64,000 nucleotides of DNA. Source: Candidatus Omnitrophota bacterium. GTDB taxonomy: Bacteria > Omnitrophota > Gorgyraeia > Tantalellales > Tantalellaceae. The stretch is taken from positions 69,157 through 133,156 of the forward strand of contig JAHJBY010000033.1 in the NCBI GenBank assembly GCA_018813285.1, read 5' to 3'. Within the stretch, counting starts at the first letter, position 1. Each line of letters begins with the position of its first letter. The notes beneath the pieces were generated by a model. That model ran no database searches. It saw only the letters and a list, made by a program, of their open reading frames with translations, and was not told the DNA's origin. Shown in pieces: positions 19,123-26,751 of the stretch. Made by a program: the position numbers and the translations under genes.

Positions 19123-21231
19123 TTACACGATCGAGAGCGCGGTGTTAAATAACAATTTAAAACTAGTCCCTTTACCCGGTTCACTATCAACACTGATACG
19201 GCCGTTATTTCTCTCAACAATCTGTTTCACAATAAAAAGTCCGAGGCCGGTACCGCTACCGGGTTCTTTGGTCGTGAAAAATGGATCCCAGATCTGGGCC
19301 AGTTGCTCCCGCGTAATACCGGAACCGGTGTCTTCGATGTTTATCTGCACATTGTTGCCCTTTTCTGACGCCTTTATCAATATCTTGCCGCGCCCCTTAA
19401 TTGCCTGCGCGGCATTCCTTATGAGGTTAAAGAATATCTCCTGCATTTGCTTTCGATCCGCGGAAATATTCGGAAGGTTTTTGGGTATCATTTTCTGTAT
19501 TTCCACATTATCAAGTTTAAGATCATGTTCAAGAAGCGCCATCACTTCTTCTAACTCTTTTTCTACGCTAACATCGTTTTCTTTCTCGTCTTTCGAGGGC
19601 TTGGAAAAAGCTGAAAGTCTTTTCGTTATGCTAGATGCCCTGTCAGTTTCGTTTATAACTTTCTCCATTATCTCCTGTGCCTTGTCGATAACCTCAGCCG
19701 GATCCGCGTTCTCATAGAACCCATCTTCCTTATTTAAAATGAATAACTCACATTGGCCGCGGATAATGCCTAACGGATTACATATTTCATGATTTATACC
19801 CGCGGAAAGTGTTCCGATAACCGCCATCTTTTCCCGCTGCGCCGCCTGCGCCTGGGCCTGGGAAAGTTTAGCAATGAGGCGGGCATTGGTAATAGCTATT
19901 GCTATTGTTCCGGCTAACGGAAGCAAAATATCGATATCGTCCCGTGTGAAATCTTCATCGGACTTCTTCGCCCCGAGTACCAGCAGGCCCAGAATGCTCT
20001 TGTCGCGCCGGAGGGATATGACCAAACTGCCGCCCAGGGTTTTGATAGTTTCGGCGGTATCGGAGGATAATTTCACGTCCCCGCTATCTCCCTTAGGTTC
20101 GATCATGCAATACCCGGATTTCTCCATATCCGCTATCAACGCCGGACAACAAGGCAAAACACACTCCTTGGCAGATGGTTCGCCCACGGAAGCCACAAGT
20201 TTGAAATCGCTGTCATCATCGTCGCGCAACAGAACGGATACGCAACGTAATTTCATTATTTCGCTGAGTTTGTTTGCCGTAAGACCGCCCAGGACCCCGA
20301 TATTCAGTACAGTTAATACGTCATCCGCGAAGGTTTTTAGCAGCTCTTTGTAGTCATATTTTTTCTGGAAAAGAAACTTATCAGTAACATTTACCAGCAC
20401 GTTTTCCAGCGGACGCAGTATGAGCACGATCACGAAAACCGACGGGAATAATGCGATCCACCGGTTCTCGAGCATATTCTCAAACACAAGAGACCCGAGA
20501 TACGCAAAACAGGCAAATACAGCGTAAGACGCCGCGAAAAGGCCGGTAAAAACAAGGGTCCTCTTTATTATGACGTCAATGCCAAGTAATTGGTGGCGCA
20601 CGATGGCATAGAAAATTACGCACGTATAAACGATCACGAAAAGATCATGTGGAACCATTTCCTGGATATTAAAAACCGGTAAAAAATGGACGAAACCGCC
20701 TATTAAAGCGATAAAAAATCCCCAGAATATATAATATAACTGTCTGGTCCTGGTCTTCATCATCACAGCATACAGTCTGCAAAAAGCGTATATGCAAATC
20801 ACGAAAAAAAACGCTATGAAAGCATAGAAGACGCCGCCCGGAACTATTTTCGACGATAAATTTAACCGTCGAATATCCAGGATAAAAAACGGAGAGTACG
20901 CGAACAGCAGAAAAAACACGCATATTATATATGTCGATCTTAAGACGATCTTATCGATTTTTCCGATCCACTTTTCTATGGTGGACAAAATGAAACGCAG
21001 GAATAACGCGGGCGCGAGGATGGCAAATAGATAAACCGCCCTCGAAAGAAACAGATCAGATAACCGGTCGTTGTACGCGATGATCGGGAAAAGGCACCAG
21101 ATGCCGGTAGCCATTGTCACTAAAATAAAATTTCTGTGAACAACGTTTTTGTTTTTCTGACACAAAACAAACATACTCAAGAAAATACATACCAGAGACG
21201 CGAGAAGCGAACTTATAGTATAAATTGTCAT
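19123..21231 (-). CDS. Sensor histidine kinase with N-terminal multi-TM (HisKA_7TM-like) region and GAF
   Basis: About 9 hydrophobic segments, GAF, HEICNPL H-box, NLIRNA, DTGSGI, FFTTK and GTGLGL boxes. Confidence 0.93.
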   Translation of the reverse strand: MTIYTISSLLASLVCIFLSMFVLCQKNKNVVHRNFILVTMATGIWCLFPIIAYNDRLSDLFLSRAVYLFAILAPALFLRFILSTIEKWIGKIDKIVLRSTYIICVFFLLFAYSPFFILDIRRLNLSSKIVPGGVFYAFIAFFFVICIYAFCRLYAVMMKTRTRQLYYIFWGFFIALIGGFVHFLPVFNIQEMVPHDLFVIVYTCVIFYAIVRHQLLGIDVIIKRTLVFTGLFAASYAVFACFAYLGSLVFENMLENRWIALFPSVFVIVLILRPLENVLVNVTDKFLFQKKYDYKELLKTFADDVLTVLNIGVLGGLTANKLSEIMKLRCVSVLLRDDDDSDFKLVASVGEPSAKECVLPCCPALIADMEKSGYCMIEPKGDSGDVKLSSDTAETIKTLGGSLVISLRRDKSILGLLVLGAKKSDEDFTRDDIDILLPLAGTIAIAITNARLIAKLSQAQAQAAQREKMAVIGTLSAGINHEICNPLGIIRGQCELFILNKEDGFYENADPAEVIDKAQEIMEKVINETDRASSITKRLSAFSKPSKDEKENDVSVEKELEEVMALLEHDLKLDNVEIQKMIPKNLPNISADRKQMQEIFFNLIRNAAQAIKGRGKILIKASEKGNNVQINIEDTGSGITREQLAQIWDPFFTTKEPGSGTGLGLFIVKQIVERNNGRISVDSEPGKGTSFKLLFNTALSIV

Positions 21232-22352
21232 AAATAAACCAACTTTTTATTTTTGTCCGATATACTTTTTGCCGTTCTTGAGATTCTCTGATCAGTTATG
21301 ACTTCATACGCGCTTCGCAGTTCATTTATGCAAAATCCATGTTTTTCCGCCAGTTCCTTCATTTCTATGACCTTGTCAAAATCAACATTAGCTCCAATGG
21401 AATAATTTTCAAATTTTCGTTCCAATGTCAGAATCATGGTCTCCGCTATGCACGCATATGCCAGACCTTTATTTGGGCCAAAGAAAAAATTAAAATCAAC
21501 GTTGCTCGGCGGCCTTATCACGCCACCTTCGAACAACAATATATCATTTCTTCCTTCAAAAATATCTTCCGAAACGTTTTTGGGAACCGAAACATCACAG
21601 ACAATGGCTCCCGGAGGAAAATCATCCTCAGAAACCAAACTCTTGGGGTAGTTGGTCACAAACAGCGCCACATCCGCATGCTTCAAAGCTTCCCTTAAAT
21701 TCGTCGACACCTTCACTTCGCAGCTGTTTCCTATTGAGAGCAGATCATCTTTCTGGGCATCCAGCCTGGATTCGTTCCTGGCGACTAAAGTTACCTTTCC
21801 GACCTGGCCGGACATAACCAGCATTTTTGAACATACCTTCCCAATTTTCCCCGTTGCGCCCACGATCACGCAATTACTTTTTTTGAGATCAAGCCGGACT
21901 TGCGATGCCGCAAGAAATATCGCTTCTATTATGGAAACTATTGTATACGCGGAACCCGTCGTAATGGGAATATCCATTCTTTTAGCGAGTTCCAGGCCTC
22001 TGCGCCCCACTAAAGCGGTATAGGCCCCAAGACCAAGCATGCCGACGCCCATACTCTGAGCCAGTTCTCCGACTTTTACAAGATGACGCAAAAGAACGCT
22101 ATCGTTCATATTCAAAAATTGCTCGGGAACCATCATGCTGACAAAAAAGTAGCCCTCGATCTCTTTGCCGGTTTTGGACTTGATCCCGGTAATGGTCGAC
22201 TGGTAATAAGGATATACCCACCGCAAAACCCGTTCTGTCATCCTCTGTCTATCGGAATTTTCTTCAATGGAAAAATCTAAACGAGGCTCATCGTATGCCT
22301 TGGCGGTCATATGCCAATCGGTATTGTGCAAAAGAAATCCAAATTTATCCAT
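21228..22352 (-). CDS. Acyl-ACP/thioester reductase-like NAD(P)-dependent enzyme (COG5322 / cyanobacterial AAR-like)
   Basis: KFGFLLH N-terminus, LGAYT, TTGSAYT, Rossmann GATGKIG, CDVSVPKN and AYACIAETMIL (candidate catalytic Cys). Confidence 0.75.
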   Translation of the reverse strand: MDKFGFLLHNTDWHMTAKAYDEPRLDFSIEENSDRQRMTERVLRWVYPYYQSTITGIKSKTGKEIEGYFFVSMMVPEQFLNMNDSVLLRHLVKVGELAQSMGVGMLGLGAYTALVGRRGLELAKRMDIPITTGSAYTIVSIIEAIFLAASQVRLDLKKSNCVIVGATGKIGKVCSKMLVMSGQVGKVTLVARNESRLDAQKDDLLSIGNSCEVKVSTNLREALKHADVALFVTNYPKSLVSEDDFPPGAIVCDVSVPKNVSEDIFEGRNDILLFEGGVIRPPSNVDFNFFFGPNKGLAYACIAETMILTLERKFENYSIGANVDFDKVIEMKELAEKHGFCINELRSAYEVITDQRISRTAKSISDKNKKLVYL

Positions 22353-22785
22353 TTTCGCACTTCCTTTTTAGCGATAAAACCATTCCTTTAAGCGCCTTTT
22401 TTGCCTTTCTTTCCAGCATCGCGCCGACGTGTTTTTCCATATTGGGTACGCCCCAATCAAAATAAGCTTCCAGTTTGATATTTGAGCCGTTATCCCCTGT
22501 ATCTTCGATCCGCCATTCCCCGCAATAGATATAAAAATCCCCTTCGAGAGCTTTAAATGAGATGGTTTTGCTCTGTTTGTGGATGATCTCTTCCTCTGTC
22601 CACTCAAAAGGCGCTCCGTCAAAGTCGACCTGCCATCTCATTCGCAGGATATTTCCATTACCCGGCAGTTCAGTGATCTGTTTTACGCCGGAAATAAAAT
22701 CCGCGTACTTTTTAAAATCTTTCACGACCTTAAACACCTCCCCGGCCTTTTTGTTTATTTTATTCACGACTTTTATCCGTATCAT
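22345..22785 (-). CDS. SRPBCC (START/polyketide cyclase-like) ligand-binding protein
   Basis: VFKVVKDFKKYADFISGVK, WTEE and EGDF..YCGEW pattern; RBS AAGGAG. Confidence 0.85.
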   Translation of the reverse strand: MIRIKVVNKINKKAGEVFKVVKDFKKYADFISGVKQITELPGNGNILRMRWQVDFDGAPFEWTEEEIIHKQSKTISFKALEGDFYIYCGEWRIEDTGDNGSNIKLEAYFDWGVPNMEKHVGAMLERKAKKALKGMVLSLKRKCENG

Positions 22786-22805
22786 CGAAAACTCCTTTCG
22801 AACAA

Positions 22806-22985
22806 TTAGATCGTTTTCTTCTCTTGTTTCTCTATCCAGTTGTCGATAGTTGATTTTTTGAAGCGCCAACTGGAGCCAACCTTAAAGGCCGGAAGCTTCC
22901 CCTGCTGGGCGTGCTTATAGATGGTAACCACCTTTATTTTCAGGTATTTGGCTACCTCATCTACGGTCATCATTTGACTGGCCAT
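22806..22985 (-). CDS. Excisionase-like (HTH_17) DNA-binding protein
   Basis: MTVDEVAKYLKI..TIYK....GKLPAFKVGSSWRF. Confidence 0.9.
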   Translation of the reverse strand: MASQMMTVDEVAKYLKIKVVTIYKHAQQGKLPAFKVGSSWRFKKSTIDNWIEKQEKKTI

Positions 22986-23165
22986 AATCCCTCCACGTAT
23001 GCAATCCCCTTCGATCACACTTTTTATGGTTTGTTACCTATTGTTACAAATTACCCTTTATTGACACCTGCTAACACTATTTCATATATAGCGATACGAG
23101 TTAGCAAGTGCTGTAAAGTATAATGACTTCCGGGAAAAAAGCAAGAAACGTGTGTCAAAAAAGCG

Positions 23166-23259
23166 GTAGGGGCGAAAGATTTTTCGCCCACGAATTCACA
23201 AAGGGCGAAAGATTTTTCGCCCACGAATTCACAAAGGGCGAAAGATTTTTCGCCCCTAC
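23166..23259 (+). repeat. GTAG-type REP-like palindromic tandem repeat (3 copies, 33-bp period)
   Basis: GGGCGAAAGATTTTTCGCCC x3 with identical spacer ACGAATTCACAAA, bracketed by GTAG...CTAC. Confidence 0.85.
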
Positions 23260-23711
23260 TAAAATATACGGGAATAGACTAATGAGTGAAGTATAATGTT
23301 GGCGTAAATGGCGGCAACGAGATCATCGAGCATGATCCCCCATCCCCCTTTCAACTTCTCTATCTTGCGAATAGGCGGAGGTTTCACTATATCCATCAAA
23401 CGATATATGATAAACCCCGCTAAAACATATGCCGGACTTAACGGTATAAGAAAAAAAACCGGGAATATGCACGCAAATTCGTCAATCACGATATACGCCG
23501 GATCCCGGACGTCAGAATCCGCTTCAACATTGGCCGCGGAAATCACTCCAATAATGAATAGACACAAAAAAACCAGAGTGTACAGAACGATATGCCCGTG
23601 CAATGCCACGCACAATACAAGCCCGGCAAGGCTTCCCCAGGTCCCCGGAGCTAATGGCAGTTTTCCCAAACCGAAGACTGTGGCTATGTTATGAGATATC
23701 TTTTGATCCAT
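23259..23711 (-). CDS. pgpA: Phosphatidylglycerophosphatase A
   Basis: APGTWGS, DPAYIVIDE, DIVKP and GIMLDDLVA motifs. Confidence 0.95.
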   Translation of the reverse strand: MDQKISHNIATVFGLGKLPLAPGTWGSLAGLVLCVALHGHIVLYTLVFLCLFIIGVISAANVEADSDVRDPAYIVIDEFACIFPVFFLIPLSPAYVLAGFIIYRLMDIVKPPPIRKIEKLKGGWGIMLDDLVAAIYANIILHSLVYSRIF

Positions 23712-24294
23712 TTCCACCGTTATGGATATATTTTTTATTCCCCACAATATATGAAACCCCGCTCCCGATAGTAAGCACAACTGTTATAAGCATAAGAACG
23801 AATATCACCTGTCTGTACCAGTATTCAAATGCGGGGTTCCAGAAACCGAATACTTCAACTCCGGCCTCTTTGAAAACTATAAATATCAGGATAACCAGTA
23901 TGGAAAACATCTGTGAAACGGTTTTATGCTTACCTCCCATCCCGGCAGGAAGCACCTCGTTATTCTTGAGCGCGAGTATCCTTAAGCTCGTCACAAGCAG
24001 CTCCCGCATTATGATGATCACAAGTATCCACGCCGGAATGAGTTTCATTTCCACAAAGGCGAGAAAAGCGGCCAGCGTAAGGACCTTATCGGCCACCGGA
24101 TCCATTACCTTACCAAAATCAGACTTCAGGTCGTATTTCTTGGCAATAAAACCATCTAGATAATCGCTCAAAGCGGCTATCATGAATATCACAAAGGCGA
24201 ATATCTTACAAATGATCCCCCCGGAAAAAAGAAGGATCATAAAAATAAACGTAAGGGCTATTCTTGCGACCGTTATTTTATTCGGTAGATTCAT
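23689..24294 (-). CDS. pgsA: CDP-diacylglycerol--glycerol-3-phosphate phosphatidyltransferase
   Basis: MNLPNKIT and DYLDGFIAK..FGKVMDPVADK motifs. Confidence 0.96.
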   Translation of the reverse strand: MNLPNKITVARIALTFIFMILLFSGGIICKIFAFVIFMIAALSDYLDGFIAKKYDLKSDFGKVMDPVADKVLTLAAFLAFVEMKLIPAWILVIIIMRELLVTSLRILALKNNEVLPAGMGGKHKTVSQMFSILVILIFIVFKEAGVEVFGFWNPAFEYWYRQVIFVLMLITVVLTIGSGVSYIVGNKKYIHNGGNGSKDIS

Positions 24295-25763
24295 CTTGCC
24301 GCGACCCCGATAAGATCATATTCCATGGCACCGGTGATCTCTACATTGACGAAATCACCTACACATATGTCCTGCCCCTCCACGTATACATCGCCGTCGA
24401 CTTCCGGGGCATCCATATAGCTCCGGCCAATGAATCCTTTCAACTCCCCGGGCTGAAGCCCAGGGGTTCCAGATAGGGATTCATACTGAGGCGGCTCACA
24501 TGTATCCCCGCCGTAAACGGCGGGGTTTAGCGCCGCTGAATGTATAACCCGGCCTGTCTCATCGGATACCTCTTCGTCTATCAGCACCCTTAATGTCTTC
24601 CCAAGATATTTAAGGTTATTTTCGCGGGATATATTCTGCTGCAAACGCATTATCGCATCAAACCTTTCCCTCTTCACTTTTTCCGGGACCTGTTCCGGAA
24701 AACCGGCAGCCGGGGTGCCTTCCTCGGGTGAGTAAATAAACGCCCCGAGCCGCTCAAACCGTGTCTCTTTAAGAAAATCCAGAAGTTCCGCGAACTGGCT
24801 GCGGGTCTCCCCCGGAAAACCAACGATAACCGATGTCCTCAGCACCACATCTTCCATTCGAGCGCGCAAACGATCTATGAGATCTTTAATTTCTTCGCCG
24901 GTAATACGTCGGTTCATCTTCCGCAATATTTCATTGTTTATGTGCTGGATCGGCAGATCAATATATTTGCAAATGTTTTCCTCATCGGCAATAACGGATA
25001 TAAGTTCCCGACTAAAATGCGCGGGATGAGTATACAGTAGTCGTATCCATCCGTCTGACATTACAGGACATAACTTTTTCAAAAGCGCGGGTAGCTGTCC
25101 GGATCCCGTTTTCTCGCTGCCAAAAGCGGTTATATCCTGAGCTACAAGTATAAGCTCTTTCACTTTATTATGTTCGGATCTTATTTTTTTTGCTTCCGCA
25201 ATAACAGAATCCATAGTACGGCTACGCAACGGCCCTCTGAGATCGGGGATAACGCAATAACTGCATCGGTTCGAACAGCCTTCTTGTATCTTCAAATACG
25301 CGTAATGTTCGGGGGTCAAAAAACCCCTGGTATTAGAGTTGTCGTATAGAAAGCACGGGACACTCGACACTTCTGTCACTTTCACGCCGGAAGCGATCGC
25401 ATCCAGAAAAACGGGTATGCGCATATAATCGGATGTTCCGAACACACCATCTATCTCTTTTATCTCATCCATTAATTCCGAAGGATATCGCTGGGAAAGG
25501 CATCCGGTGACTACGATCTTTTCGGGTTTTCCGGCCTTTTTGAGTTCAGCGAGCCTCAATATCATATCAATGGATTCTTGCTTCGCGTCCTGAATAAATC
25601 CGCAGGTATTCACGATAGCGAGATCCGCATCCAGGGGTTCGTCGACAATAGTTAAACCTTTTTCTTTGAGAAACCCCTGTAGGACTTCGCTGTCAACAAG
25701 ATTACGTGAACAACCGAGGCTCAAAATGTATACTCTTTTTATAGACAAACGGCCGGCCGTCAC
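24291..25763 (-). CDS. rimO: Ribosomal protein S12 methylthiotransferase (with 38-aa insertion in the TRAM domain)
   Basis: SLGCSRNLVDSE, NTCGFI, CSNRCSYC and DAPEVDG motifs. Confidence 0.96.
   Translation of the reverse strand: MTAGRLSIKRVYILSLGCSRNLVDSEVLQGFLKEKGLTIVDEPLDADLAIVNTCGFIQDAKQESIDMILRLAELKKAGKPEKIVVTGCLSQRYPSELMDEIKEIDGVFGTSDYMRIPVFLDAIASGVKVTEVSSVPCFLYDNSNTRGFLTPEHYAYLKIQEGCSNRCSYCVIPDLRGPLRSRTMDSVIAEAKKIRSEHNKVKELILVAQDITAFGSEKTGSGQLPALLKKLCPVMSDGWIRLLYTHPAHFSRELISVIADEENICKYIDLPIQHINNEILRKMNRRITGEEIKDLIDRLRARMEDVVLRTSVIVGFPGETRSQFAELLDFLKETRFERLGAFIYSPEEGTPAAGFPEQVPEKVKRERFDAIMRLQQNISRENNLKYLGKTLRVLIDEEVSDETGRVIHSAALNPAVYGGDTCEPPQYESLSGTPGLQPGELKGFIGRSYMDAPEVDGDVYVEGQDICVGDFVNVEITGAMEYDLIGVAAR
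24430..24543 (-). mobile_element. 114-bp non-autonomous IS200/IS605-type palindromic element (MITE/PATE) inside rimO
   Basis: Follows TTAT; left hairpin CCCCGCCG-TTTA-CGGCGGGG, right hairpin CCCCTGGGCT-TC-AGCCCGGGG, ends in TCAT. Removing it restores ETGRVIGRSYMDAPEVDG. Confidence 0.8.
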
Positions 25764-26740
25764 GATCGATCAACCCGCTTGATCCATTTGCCGTTTACTT
25801 TCATGCCGCCCCGGGAGACTTCGATGTCCCTCACTACGCCATCCACGGCTTTTCCGAGATCCCGTCCGTTGATCACAAACTCGAGGTTTTCCCCTTTGCC
25901 GGTCCAAACTGTGAGATTATTCTCTGACTTCAACGTCGCTGATTCTCCGTCTTTCAACGTTCCGACAAAAACAGTGCGGTCATCATCAAATACCTGTATC
26001 CACACCATACCACGAGCCTTGAGTGTCAAGGTCAGCCTATCGCTATCAACGTCCTTTTTTGCCCGGGCCTGCCTGCGAGAAAGAACCAACGCGTCCTCCT
26101 CTCTCTTTGCCTTGACGGTTTCCGGTTTTTCCTCCGCCGGCAGCGCGGGATCTGATTTGGGCGCCGGCGCCGTTCCACGAAACACTGCCGGTTTTTCTTC
26201 TTTCGGGGATGCAGCCTTATCTTTTTTCACGGTTACCCCCGGCGGTACTTCCACGCATCCCGGCGACTTCGGTTTGCCTCCGGACATATTGAGCCGTATG
26301 CTGAACCTGAACAGAAAAATAAAAAGAATGGTTCCTATTATGATTACAACGGCCATTATTAAGCGTGATCTGACCTCACTGGCAGCCCCGGCAGAAGAGC
26401 GCGATCCCTCCTTGGAAGGTTTCCTGAAAAGGATCTTTTCTTCGACAAGTTTTTCGATAACAGGCCGCTCAAGCGTATCCTGTTCCTCCGTCTCTCCGGA
26501 CGGTCTTACAGCAGATTCATACTTTTTTAATATGTCCGTCTGATCCAGTTCAAGAAGTTTCGCGTATTTTTTTATGAACCCTTTTGTATACACCGGCCCG
26601 AGCCTGTCGAAAACACCGTTCTCGAGATCCCGTATTACGTTCGGATGCATGCGGGAATGCCGCCCGACATCGTCGATCGTCATGCCGCGTTTTTCACGAG
26701 TGTTTTTAAAAATGTCACCAAGTTCTCTGGCTGTCATCAT
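25760..26740 (-). CDS. rodZ: RodZ-like protein (HTH, TM, DUF4115)
   Basis: YTKGFIKKYAKLLEL HTH, single TM, C-terminal VWIQV..G..ING; lies between ftsK and rimO. Confidence 0.85.
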   Translation of the reverse strand: MMTARELGDIFKNTREKRGMTIDDVGRHSRMHPNVIRDLENGVFDRLGPVYTKGFIKKYAKLLELDQTDILKKYESAVRPSGETEEQDTLERPVIEKLVEEKILFRKPSKEGSRSSAGAASEVRSRLIMAVVIIIGTILFIFLFRFSIRLNMSGGKPKSPGCVEVPPGVTVKKDKAASPKEEKPAVFRGTAPAPKSDPALPAEEKPETVKAKREEDALVLSRRQARAKKDVDSDRLTLTLKARGMVWIQVFDDDRTVFVGTLKDGESATLKSENNLTVWTGKGENLEFVINGRDLGKAVDGVVRDIEVSRGGMKVNGKWIKRVDRS

Positions 26741-26751
26741 ACTCCCGACTT

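Noticed and set aside
22806-22985. Excisionase as a sign of a prophage or ICE
   Set aside because: No integrase, phage or conjugation genes lie nearby; stand-alone HTH_17 regulators are common.
23166-23259. Possible mini CRISPR array
   Set aside because: The spacers are identical and only 13 bp, and there are no cas genes; a REP-like tandem palindrome fits better.
24430-24543. Intein or self-splicing intron in rimO
   Set aside because: Too short, with no C/S...HN intein ends and no group I/II core; the ends match an IS200/IS605-type element.
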